Source: Eledone cirrhosa (lineage: Eukaryota). From it: a DNA stretch of 64,000 nt. The notes beneath the pieces are model-generated. The model saw only the letters and a list, made by a program, of their open reading frames with translations. It did not search any database and was not told where the DNA came from. Location: the NCBI GenBank assembly GCA_964016885.1, contig OZ024742.1, positions 116,870,001 through 116,934,000 of the forward strand. The letters are read 5' to 3'. Position numbers and translations under genes: made by a program. Positions 29,535 through 41,817 of the stretch are shown here, piece by piece. Position 1 is the first letter of the stretch, and each line of letters opens with the position of its first letter.

Positions 29535-29726
29535 TGTTTATCCCGGGTTCAATCGGAGGTAACCACAGTAAGTAAGGTGCTCAATACATAGCAGAGTATA
29601 AATATTTAATATAGAAATGGCTTCTACAGGACTAGAACTGTTTCATTCGGAAGAAATCATCAGGAAGCTCTGATGATTTCTCCCGAATGAAACATTTCTA
29701 GTCCTGTAGAAGCCATTTCTATATTA
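29535..29726. mobile_element. Short palindromic hammerhead element, copy 1
   Basis: ~70-nt leader then 57-nt arms 29607-29663 and 29670-29726 (2 mismatches), each with a CTGATGA...GAAAC...GTA core. Confidence 0.85.
29620..29668 (-). ncRNA. Type I hammerhead ribozyme
   Basis: gcttc-CTGATGA-t ttc ttcc gaa t-GAA-ACAG ttctagtc CTGT-A-gaagc: 5-bp stem I, 3-bp stem II, 4-bp stem III, GUA triplet. Confidence 0.75.
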
Positions 29727-29959
29727 CACACACAGACACACGCACATGCACATACGCACACACAGGCAACTACATTAAGAGCATACAACTTGAAAATCCA
29801 CTATCGGTCAGCACATGAACTTGTTCAAGCTGGTGCATTATCTCGTCTTATTGACAATCATACTCCACCAGCCAGAAGAGGTTGCCATTGCAACAGCTGA
29901 ATACTACCAGATGCAGTCCAGGTGCTACCCATAACAGCAGATAATATTAAACATCGCAT

Positions 29960-30430
29960 AGAGATAAAAAAACTTTTTTTCAACATGTTATCAGTTATCT
30001 GCGTTTGTGGAGGCCTAAAACAAATGATGGTATAATAAAACAGTTTTTCAATAACCGTAATTAATTATCTGTGATCAATGGAGGTTTAGTGCTTAGTGAA
30101 TGAGTTGTGGTTCCACAGCCACTGCAGACAGAAGTCAACGAGCAGTTTCATACAAGACATCCATGTATCAACCAGATGAAAGCAATTGCACGAAGTTTCA
30201 TTTATTGGATATTTCTGGAACAAGCGCTAGAGCAGTTTTGTAAAACCTGAGATGGCTGTATTCATGCACTTAAACATCTGCCGAAAGGTGAACCACATTT
30301 TGTCTAATCATAGTATAACACGTACACCTGTTCCAGAACATTCTAAAGTTTTAACTGTATTTAAAACTATAGAGGAGGTTTTGAATTTTTTTTATTTTGT
30401 CATTTGTTCATCTTCAAAAGGACAGTATTT
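29960..30430 (-). mobile_element. Possible Tc1/mariner fragment
   Basis: TA-ctgtccttttgaa terminus near 30428 and a decayed HTH-like peptide; weak. Confidence 0.35.
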
Positions 30431-31499
30431 CAATATATTCTTTTACTCATCTTTATATTATTTTGTTTAATCATTTCAATTGTTAGAAAACACGTAACAA
30501 TATACGTGTACACACACAAATATATATAATTGCACACATAGAAACGTGTATATATTGTATTAACTTCTGCCTAGATAATATCAGATAATATCAGCAAAGG
30601 AAAGACCAATAGAAACTTTATTTTCTTGGACTGATCAGTGAGCATTAACGTAATTTATCAGTACCATATGATTTTGTTTCTTGAAATGATATATTGCGAT
30701 TTGTTTATTTAAAATTGATTGAAACTTCAAACAACATAGAGGAAGAAACATTGACACTAACATATGTTATCAATTTACAGACAGAAAATATTTTTATCAT
30801 GTTTCCTTTAGTTCACTGAAGCAAAATTACAAAATTTCTATAAAACCAGAATTTTAAACATTTCAAACAAATATAAACACATTATAATTTGTAGTAGTTT
30901 TTATCAAATATTTTCATTATCATAAATTTTGGGAGTAAATTTCATCAGTCATTCAATTTAATACCACTACCTGACCCTTGGAGCCTTTTATGTAAGTTCA
31001 CAATGTTGCAAGCATTTGGCTACATCTCTGGTTTAATGATTACGTTGTCACTCCCACCAGTTTTGAAGACCCAGAAAAGGGTAATGAGCATTGCTTTCCC
31101 CTTCCTGATTATACAGTAAAATAAAATATGTTGAGTTCGCACCTTACAATTTATGCTATGTATGCATTAAAAACAGTGTATCAGAAGCAAAAGAGCCAAT
31201 GTCCATAGTACTCAAAGATTCTCTCAGATTTTTGAGATTGATGTGGAATTAGAACCAGGGATCTGGATTGAATGCTTGCAGTAGAGGAAATTCTGCTAAA
31301 GGCATTCAAGGATCAGAGTTTCCCCAAAAGATTTCCATAGCACACTTCAAGATAAGCTGTTTTTTTTATTTATTTTTATTTATTTTTTTTTTTATTAAAG
31401 TTTAATATAAATTTCTTCATATGATAAATTTATATTTTAATAAAAGACACCTTATCTTAAAGTTTTTCTCTCTAAAATAATTTTAGTCAAAGATGCCAT

Positions 31500-33640
31500 C
31501 CGAGCAAAGTCGGAAGTCTACAATGCTTGGCTTGGAAATAAGTCTTCCTTCTTGCACTTGCAGATCAGTAAATAAAGTATTCTGGCAGACTATCCATCAA
31601 CTTTGTAATTAGAAGTCTTCCTCCACACCTACTATTAGGAACTTGTCTGGGGTGCTCCTCTCTTCAGAGAGATGTATTCTTGTGAAGTGGAGAGAATACT
31701 TTTCTGAGATCCCCTAAACCCAGTCATAACAGCATCTTCTGATGTAAATGAGGTGTATCTGAGAGCGATGATTAATTTCTCAGATGCTGAGAAATTAAAG
31801 TGTTCAAGTGTGGCAAGGCCGATGGGAAATATGAAATCTGGCCTAAGATGTTAAAAGCCTTAAATAGAGAAGGTATTCTCTTGTTGACTCATGTGTGCTG
31901 GGCGGTCTAGATCTCTGATAAGGCACCTAAGCAATGGCAATCAGGAGTCATCATCATCATCATCATCACCGTTTTACGTCCGTTCTTCCATGCTAGCATG
32001 GGTTAGACGTGTTGTCCTGTTGTGGGCAGTGCCTGGTCGGCTGACCATGCCTTGCTCATACAGGAACTGATTTTGGCTTGATTTCTACAGCTGGGCGTCC
32101 TTCCTAACACCAACCTCATTTACAGTGAGTGCTGGGTGCTTTTTTCCGTGGCGCCTACACGTCCACTTTACAGTGTGGGCTGGGTGCTTTTTTGCCGTGG
32201 CGCCTCCACGACCACTTTGCAGTGGGAGGGAGGGTGTGGGGGCATATTGTCTATATGCTTCAGCTTGTACACATGGGAGGTCGGGTACTCTGTATTACTG
32301 CGTGACACAGTCGTATGTCATCGCCTTTGAGAAGTGATAATCCCAATTTTACAAAAGGGAGATGAGAGGTTGTTCCAATAACAGAAGGATCTCCTTGTTA
32401 AGCCTCCCCAGAAAAGTCTATGCTAAGTGTCTGGCAAAGAGATGCAGGGAGATTGTCAAGTCCACACTAGCTGCTTGAACAGCGCAGATTTTGGCCTGGA
32501 TACAGCACAGACAACCAAATATTCACATTGGGACAGGTCCTTGAGAAATAGTGGGAGTATTGCCAAGAGGTATATTCTTGTTTTGTAGACCTCTAAAAGG
32601 AATATGACTGCATTCCTCAGGACATACTGTGGAAAATTTTGCAGGAGTATGGGATCAATGGTCAGCTTTTTATTGCCCTGATGTCTCTATATGAATGCCC
32701 AACTATTTGTGTTTGGATAAATGGTGCTAAATGAAAACTATTCAATGTGGGGTTTGGACTCTGCCAAGGGTGCATACTTTCACCTCTCAAGTACACTATT
32801 TTCATGAACAGAATTGACATGAGCAGCCAGGTTGGATGTGGTATTATGACTGGTGGGTGTAAAATCAGTCAGCTGGAATTTACGGATGACATGGTGTTAC
32901 TTAACTCTCCAGCCTGCACTCGATAGGTTTGATCCAAGTGCTGCATGGCTGGAATGAAAATCAGTGTTGCGAAAACTGACGTACTCATCCTCTCAAGGAA
33001 GCCTGTGCAATGAACTCTACATGTGAATGGAGTTCAACTGAAGCAGGTGAAGGAGTTTAAGTATCTAGGGGCTATGTTCACAAATGATGGAAGTCAGGCA
33101 GCTGAATTAAGTGCAGGAATAGTAGGAACTGGTGCATTAATGTGCCAGCTTAATCATTTGGTAATCAGAAGAAGGGATATAGATGTAAAAGCCAAACTCA
33201 CTATGTTCAATTCTATATTCATGCCAATCTTTACCTATAGTCAAGAATCTTGGGTAATGACCAAAAGAACACAATCGCAAATACAAGAGCCCAAAATGGG
33301 GTTCCTCCAAAGGATCTTTAGAGTAGCGTTATTTGATAGGATGCACAGCTTGGAGATCAGAGAGTCACACCAGGTAGAGCCACTACTTCACTGAATTGAG
33401 ACCATAGCTCCAATACTATTAGCAAGTCTCAGGAAAGAATTGCAGGACAAATTTTATGGGCAAAACCAGCCGGCAGTAGACCCCAAGCAAGATGGTTTGA
33501 TAACATCCATGATCTTGGCTGGTCTTGCTTGGGGAACCAGCTGTATCAGTTGGAGAAGTTGTTTCTGACAGGATTTACTGGAAGGAGTGTTTGGGGACTC
33601 TGCCCACCACAACCCTCTCAGGAAAAAGGAGAAGGAGATT
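31500..33640 (+). mobile_element. Degenerate RTE LINE of a different family, interrupted by a SINE
   Basis: WQSGV/IIPILQKGD, NNRRISLLSLPRKVY, GLCQGCILSP, FTDDMVL and LKQVKEFKYLG motifs. Confidence 0.88.
31948..32330 (-). mobile_element. RTE-tailed SINE / bipartite element with internal tandem units
   Basis: (CAT)n tail at 31948, ttcctaacaccaac motif, 2-3 copies of tttacagtg..gctgggtgctttttt.ccgtggcgcct.cacg.ccac. Confidence 0.85.
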
Positions 33641-34115
33641 TTATTTTATCTAATATGTGGTAGCATTACAGTGGTAGCATTTGTCTATAAAATATATTCT
33701 GCAATTTATGGAAAATCATATATGTTAAAGTTCCTTTACAATTAGATCAGAATCACTGAAATGACCAAACTATTTTCTTGGGGAATCATTGCCGATGGTT
33801 ACCAAACCTTCAATACAAGCAATGTTTATGAGTATTCATTCATATGTAAGGAGAAGATTTAGGAAAGAAATATGTATATCCATAAGACTACCTTTAGTGA
33901 TGAATAACAATGGCTTTCACATTTAGAAACTTTCCTTCTGCAGCAGAAGCCTAAGATAGATTTTTTTGTAGAAGACAAGCAGTCATTTATGCATGCTTGT
34001 CTCAATTCTCTATGCCACCACTTATTTTTCCAACTAAGTCATCATGGAATCGAACACATAGTCCAATGATTGTGAACCCAACAATCTAACCACTAGACTA
34101 TACACCTTCATTTAT

Positions 34116-34146
<31 letters not shown>

Positions 34147-34739
34147 ACGCTGATGAACCATAGGCTAATCATTTCTGTCAACAAATTAGTTGGTGAAACA
34201 TATCCTTTTGGATTTGTACGTGTGTGTTAGATAGTTATCAAGGTATGTGTTTGCACTTTGATTTATACTTTTAATTATTGTGTGTCTACTTTGCCTTCCA
34301 GGGGCTATAGATTCCATACACTGGTGGTTTTTCCCTGTTTGACTGATGGCGCACTATCTCTCTCTCTGGTGTGTTATCTTTTCTACATATTGTATATATA
34401 TATATAACACTGGCTCTTTCTTTCTTTATCCTTATAGTATATATATATACATATATATATATATATCGTTTACCAATCGATTAATTGGTGAAATATATTT
34501 CTTTAATGGAGTATATACAAGGAAGATTAATCAATTTATAAGGTATTTATTTTTGAAGTTCTAGTTAAACATTATTTAGTTACCTACATAGCTATGTGTG
34601 CTTACACACTTTTACAAATTATCCCCTGTGATTGTTTCATATGTTTATTTTAGATATATTTATATGTCAATCAATTTCTAGTTGATATATATATATATAT
34701 ATATTTTTATTTATAATTTTTTTTTTAATGACCATGCTG

Positions 34740-37700
34740 TAAAATGGAGGGGTAGAGAGGGCCCCTGAGTCTAGTATGACATCCTCTCTAGTGCTGGTGG
34801 CACAAATAAAAGCACCCAGTCCATGCTGTAAACTGGCGCTGGTGTTAGGAAGGGCATCCAACCAGTGTATCAATGCCAAAACGCTTATCAGCACAGCAAC
34901 AAATAGGAACAACAACAAAATATGAAGACGTCGCATCTCAGAGTTGCAACACTTAATGTCGGCACTCTCAGAGGTAGATCTGCTGAAATAGCGGAGATGC
35001 TGGAGAGAAGGCAGGTGGATGTGTGATGCGTGCAAGAGGTGAGATGGAGAGGTGCTTCTGAGAGACTAGTCGTAGGCAAGCGTCTTAGCTATAAGCTATT
35101 CTGGCTAGGTAAGGATGATGGGCTAGGGGAGTAGGCATTTTCCTGGCTGAGAAATGGATCAATAAGACAATAGAGGTAGTTCGAGTTAGTAATCGAATAA
35201 TTAAGCTTAGATTAGTTGTAGGTAGGAGACTACTGACAATCATCTCGGCCTATGCTCCCCAAGCAGGCCTAGGCAAAGATGAGAAAGACTGCTTTTATGA
35301 GCAACTTTTGCAAACAACCGCAATGACAGAGGACAAAGACATCGTTATGCTAGCAGGAGACTTCAATGGTCATGTTGGACAACTCCAGGATGGTTACACT
35401 GGGGTACATGGTGGGCACGGTTACGGTTCAAGAAATGAAGAAGGAGTGAGACTTCTTGAATTTTGTGATGCGGGTACATTGACTATTTGCAATACAAACT
35501 TCCAGAAACCTGCCAATCACCTAATAACCTACAAATCTGGTGAGCACATAAGCCAGATTGACTTCCTACTAGTTAGACAGCGGGACAGGCAGATAGTGTC
35601 TAATACCAAGGCATACCCTTGGGAAGAATGTACCCCACAGCATAGGTTAGTTGTTAGTGATATCTCAGTAAGCAAGAGATGGAATGAGACATACAGGAAG
35701 GTGTGGAGAAGAAAGGTCTGGAAGCTAAAAGACCTTTCACTAAAATACAAATTTAGGAAAGCCCTTCAAGATGTATATGACGAAAAAGAAGACGATTTAG
35801 AGACGTATGACATAGATAAATACTGGAATTTCTTACGTGACAACTTGCTGCAGGCTACTGATGAAACCTGTGGCTGGAGCCGAGCTCCAACCAGACAGAG
35901 AGTGACCTGGTGGTGGAACAGCACAGTAGATAAGGCTATTAGAGACAAAAGACTAGCATGGAAGGCTTGGAAAAAGGGTGGGAGTAGGGAAGAATATACA
36001 GCCACTAAGAGAGAAGCTAGACGTCAGGTGTACTTAGCACGCAGGGAGGCAGAGAGCAGGAAGTTTGCCAATGTTCTGCAACGGGAAGATCAGAGGCGTG
36101 CGGTGTTCCACATTGCAAGGCAGTGTGTCAATGCAAATCAGGATGTTGTTGGAGATAAATGTGTCCGGGATGATGCCGGTGTACTTAGTGTCACGAATGA
36201 TCAGAAAAAGAAGGCCTGGAAATGTCATTATGAGAGACTGATGAATGTGGAGAACGAATGGAAGAGAGAGAAATTACCCCCAGTAGATCCGACAGAGGGA
36301 CCAGTTATTGAGATTGACGAATATAGGGTCCAAGAAGCGATTAGGGAAATGAAAAATGGTAAGGCTGCCGGACCATCGGGAATAGTTGCTGAGATGCTGA
36401 AGGCATCAGGGGACGTAGGCACTAAACTGATTGCACGCATCATCAATCAGGCTATATATGGTGGTGTCATACCCAAAGAGTGGTGCAGCAGTATTCTCAT
36501 AAATTGCTACAAAGGTAAAGGAGATGCTTTGGAGAGGAGCAATTATAGGGGTATAAAACTGATAGATCAGGTTATGAAAGTGGCAGAAAGGATTTTAGCA
36601 CAACTAATTAGAGAAAGGGTCAAACTAGATGAGATGCAGTTTGGTTTTGTGCCTGAGAAGAGTAAAACAGATGCCCTCTTCTTGGTGAGACAATTGCAAG
36701 AGAGGTTCTTAGAGAAGAATAAGCCACTATACTTAGCCTTTGTTGACCTAGAGAAGGCCTTTGATAGGGTACCCCGATCTGTCATCTGGTGGTCCCTAAG
36801 GAAGCTAGGTGTTGAGGAATGGCTTGTGAGGACAGTGCAAACTTTGTACAGAAGTACTCTCAGTAAAGTCAGGGTAGGAATGGAGTTTAGTGAGGAATTC
36901 CAGATACAAGTAGGAGTACATCAGGGTTCGGTCCTCAGCCCGCTCTTGTTGATTATAGTCCTCCAAGCCATAACAGAGGAGTTTAAGACTGGCTGTCCAT
37001 GGGAACTTCTCTATGCTGACGATCTGGTTCTTATAGCAGAATCAGTAGAGGAGCTAGAGAATAAATTCTGGTTATGGAAATAGCAGTTGGAAGCAAGAGG
37101 ACTGAGAGTGAATCTAGCTAAGACAAAAGTGTTGATGAGTTGAAAAGAGGACAAAACCCTGATTCCGTCAGGGAAATGGCCATGTTCGATATGCAGAACA
37201 GGAACTGGCATAAATTCTATAAAATGCACACAATGCAGATCCTGGGTACACAAGAGATGTAGCGGGATAGCAGGCAAACTAACAGGTAGGGAGAAATATG
37301 TATGCAGTAGATGTACAGGGAAATTAGACAGTAGAAGTCGCACTGATAGACACATTTTTCAAATGCAAGAGGGCGCTATAGAAGTGGTGGATAGCTTCTG
37401 GTACCTAGGAGATCAGATTAGCATGGGAGGAGGGTGTTCCGAGGCCATAGTATCTAGAATAAGGACGGGTTGGAAGAAGTTTAGGGGGCTGCTTCCTCTG
37501 TTGACGAAGAAGGGTTTCTCCCTGCGTACGAAAGGCCGGTTGTATGATGCCTGTGTGAGGAGCACGATGCTGCATGGTAGTGAGACATGGGCAGCAACTG
37601 CAGAGGATATGCGACGGCTGGAGAGAAATGAGGCAAGCATGCTCAGTTGGATGTGCAGTGTAAATGTGTGTGAACGACCCAGCATAAATGTGTTGAGAGA

Positions 37701-37990
37701 GAAACTGTGTCTGAGAGGGATAGAAAGTAGTGTATGGGAGAGGAGACTGAGGTGGTATGGACATGTGATGCACATGGAGGATGACCGATGGGTGAAGCAG
37801 TGCCAGGAATTGCCAGTTGAAGGAAGACGTGGTAGAGGTAGACCACGAAAAACATGGGCGGAGGTGGTGAGAACAGACCTCAGATCATTGAAGCTCACGG
37901 TGGAGATGACGAGGGACCGTGACGAGTGGAGAGATGCTGTGCTGAATAAGACCCGTCCCACCCTTGCAAGCAGGGAAAATCGGACGTAAA

Positions 37991-38021
<31 letters not shown>
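34740..38021 (+). mobile_element. Near full-length RTE LINE (family B): 5' UTR, APE, RT, PHD-like finger, (ATG)n tail; inactivated
   Basis: ATG at 34922 (MKTSHLRVATLNVG), AYAPQAG, AGDFNGHVG, SQIDF, LLYADDL; premature stops (~35024, 37081, 37141) and frameshifts; ORF ends 37989. Confidence 0.97.
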
Positions 38022-38022
<1 letters not shown>

Positions 38023-39869
38023 ATATAATTGCATCTAAACTGCATTAAACATATGTAAATGAATTGACACCTTAACAGTGTAAATCTTATAAATTCATAA
38101 TAAGAATGAAGGAATATATACATAAATTATAATTAGATGGTTGAATGTGCCTAAAGTCACAGACAGGAATATTTTATAGCCATATGATCAAAATAAGGAA
38201 CTTATTGGTTAAACTGTATCAAAGATAATGCTATTGTTTCACAAAATAAAAGAAATAGAGAAATTGTAACTGAAAATATTTAGTAAGACATGTGAATAAT
38301 CCAGCAAACTGGATTATGTCTTGTACATTTTAAGTTCAAATTTCACCTAGATCCACTTAATTTTTCATTGTTTTGAACTCAGTAAAACAGACATAAGCTG
38401 ATGAAACAAGTACTTAAGTTGATTACACCGTTGAAATTGGTACACTAGTGATTGCAATTAACAAAAGAAAGACTACAAAAATATCAAGGATCATTGAGGG
38501 AGCTTTCTAAAATATTGGTGCATAAGAAAAGACATTCTATTGATATTTGTTCTTGACATATGTAGCCTGTGTGTTCTATCTGGGTTTATCTTTTAGTTTG
38601 CTGCTTTCCCAACCTCCCTACTAAAAACAACAGAATATATCAATATAATTAAATGTGCCACTTCTCCTCCTCACTGAATATACATGAGTCTCTCGCATGA
38701 CTAACATTAGATTCAGTAATAGGATAAATGAAGACAGGTATTTATTAAACTAAAGGAAATGTTCATAGATCATCAATATTTGACATTTGAAACATTAGAT
38801 TTCAACCTAAGCAGGTCAAATCGATAGACTTAATAGTCAAGTGAGTACTAACATACCTGATGTCACAAATTGAGTAATTTTAGTTAATTGAAATTACACC
38901 TGGGGATACATCATTATCTAAATTACCAATTCTTGTAAAAGATGGCAGCAGAAACAACACCAAAATTTTAATTAACTAAAGTTATATAAATATGGAATGT
39001 AGTAGAGAATAATTGGGATATTTAGCAGTAGTGACAACTGCAGACATGTATCAGTCTCATTAGACCTCATCAGTAAATAATCATCAAACCATAATTGTAT
39101 GATGTTAGGATGAATATAGAAATATAGATTTTTTTTCTTGAATGAACACCCAGTTATTCAAATCAATAGACTGTTTTGCCAACTAAAAGCATTATGGTTC
39201 TTATCTATAGATCAACCTGTGTGTCCCTCCACTTGGCAAGAAACCAAACTACATAACAGTAAATAGAATGGAATATACTTCCATTTATTTCAATGATGAG
39301 TGTTCCATTGTACAATCATTGGAACAGTCTGCTCCTAAAATTACGTCCAAGTGGCTGAGCATTCCACAAAAATGTGTTCCCTTAATGCAATTCACAGGAA
39401 TTTTAAGCATATCAGAATATGTGACAACTTACAGATAGTCCAATCAATAGGCTTTCAAACAGTTTCCATCTTATCAAATTGTCTTGCAATGTTCAGGTTT
39501 AACTGTGGCTTTGGTAACTTGACCAAGATTCCACACAGTAAGATAGAACCCAGGACATTATTTCTTAACCATTAAGCAATGCTGCATCCATCTATAATAG
39601 TAAATCAGTATCATGTGAAGGTACATTTCCTACTTGTAGATAGAGGTAGCAATTTATTGTTGACAAGAATTTCATAGCATACAGATATATATCTAATTCT
39701 CTGAAGTTAATTTAGCTAATTAATCATTGATGAATTTCTCTGATTAGGAGATATTGATGAATTAGATGTGTTTATCATGTTTACTTAAGATAAAGGAAAT
39801 GTTAATTGATTGATTCACACTATTGACTAATATTGATACTGAAGAAGTTTTACATAACAGTATTTGATG

Positions 39870-40220
39870 TTTTCATATATCTATTTTCCATGCTTGCATG
39901 GGTTGGATAGCTAATGTGTGATGAGGCCAAATCAATCAGGTAACGAAGACCTGTTAATATGCACTGTCTTGTATTGATTTCTACTGATGGATGGCCTTCC
40001 TAATGCCAACAACTTTACAGTGTGTACTGGGAGCACAGATACTACAGCTAATTGCAACTACTTTACAGCAAGTACTGGAAGAATTTAATCATGACTCCCG
40101 CATTACTACCTTACAGAGTGTGCTAGATTCTTATTATTGTAGAACAAGAACCACCACCTTACAGGGTGGACCAGCTGCTTTTCATTATGGCATCAGCACC
40201 ACATTTGAGCACTAAGGTGC
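39870..40220 (-). mobile_element. Degenerate RTE-tailed SINE with tandem units
   Basis: tttccatgcttgcatgggttgg tail, gccttcctaatgccaac and four c(t/c)ttacag..tgt.ct units. Confidence 0.65.
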
Positions 40221-40663
40221 TTAGTTTTCTTGGTCTTGCAGAGAAGGCATTGGTGAAAGTTCTGACTGGAGTACAGATAGCGCACTGCCGTCAGGGGCCA
40301 TGTCCAGAAGCAGCTTAGAAGCATGTGGTTGATATCTGACATATAATAGGGTGTGACTGGCTTCCTTTGATGGCCTAAATGAGGGCTTGAATATGGTGCT
40401 TGCAGTGGGAGATAAGGAAGGGTGCACCAGAACTTAGAAATTGTATTGGAGCAATGGCTGTATGGTATGCCATTTTGGGAGGTCCCCAGATTTCCTTGAT
40501 TTTCAAAGTGTTGGGGTACAAGAATTCGGCAAAAAACAAAAAACATTCACGGTTCAAACTAGCTTTAGATGCTATCATGGGTTGAGCGAAGGAGTCAGGG
40601 TATGCAACAGCTTGCGGCCTGAGACTTTTTCAATTTCTCAGCTTCTTTATATATATATATATG

Positions 40664-40719
<56 letters not shown>

Positions 40720-40805
40720 GTATATATATATATATATATATATTTAAATTTATACATATATATAAATATAGAAAAGTTTGAATGGATACAGTTTAGTTGA
40801 AAGGA

Positions 40806-40932
40806 ATATATTGACACGTGTTTCTATAACAGTTACATAACCTGAAAACAGCTGCTATCTACAAAGTATTAGTTATGCAGACATTCAATATTTCAATGTT
40901 ATTATCTACTGTCATTTCATCAGAGCAATATT
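40806..40932 (-). ncRNA. Hammerhead-like motif with a 92-nt structured stem II insertion
   Basis: gct-CTGATGA (40923-40917)-a atgacagt...actgttat a-GAAAC-ACGT-GTC-aat; palindromic ACACGTGT stem III. Confidence 0.6.
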
Positions 40933-41449
40933 ACTGAGGACCTGTTTGGTTTTTATAGAGAATATTAGGAGGGAGGGGTGAAGTTGTTAGAAGAATAGTT
41001 GAGGGACTGGTTTTTTGATAGCAGTGAGAATTTTTGGTGGCAGTGACTAATTAGATTCCCATCTGTTGTTTTGACATTTTTATAGAATATATTATTGGTT
41101 ATTTTTCTAAATCTATAGAAAGATTAGAGATAGTAAAGATTCGCGTGGTTGGTTTTGTGTTTGCACTTAATTAACATTCAGACTTAAATTTTTCTTTCAA
41201 GTGTACGTATCCTTTCGCCCACGCATTCACACACAAACATATTTGCACACCTCTACAAAATACATATACTCACATTCACATAGTAACATGTTCATACTTA
41301 CATACATATATACATGCATACATATATATATATACACACATGTATTCATATACATACATACGCGTTCATGTGTATACATTTTCATACTCAACTTATCTTT
41401 ATATACACACGTATAGACACACACATATATACATACATACTCTAGTCTA

Positions 41450-41541
<92 letters not shown>

Positions 41542-41817
41542 CACTTTAATACATGAATACACTTACATCTAACTATACACATCAAACATATATATATATT
41601 TACTTATTTATATACATTTTCACATATATATACATACTTATGGTCGCTTTTAGACACATTCATTATCGCATATTTGCACCTATTCTCATCAGCATATCTT
41701 TCCATTATTAGTGTGGTAATTTAAGGTTATTAATATACATATATATGTTGAGAAGAGATTGTTTTTATATTTTTCTAACTAGATTGAGGTTTATATAGTT
41801 GGGGGGATGTCCCTCTT

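Noticed and set aside
36034-38123. Minus-strand ORFs of up to 236 aa over RTE copies
   Set aside because: Antisense shadows of LINE coding sequence with no independent motif
39039-39077. Decayed hammerhead-like motifs (39039 minus with GATAC; 20358 minus with CTGACCA; 34150, 25943 and 48770)
   Set aside because: Core or stem I mutations; treated as relics rather than functional RNAs
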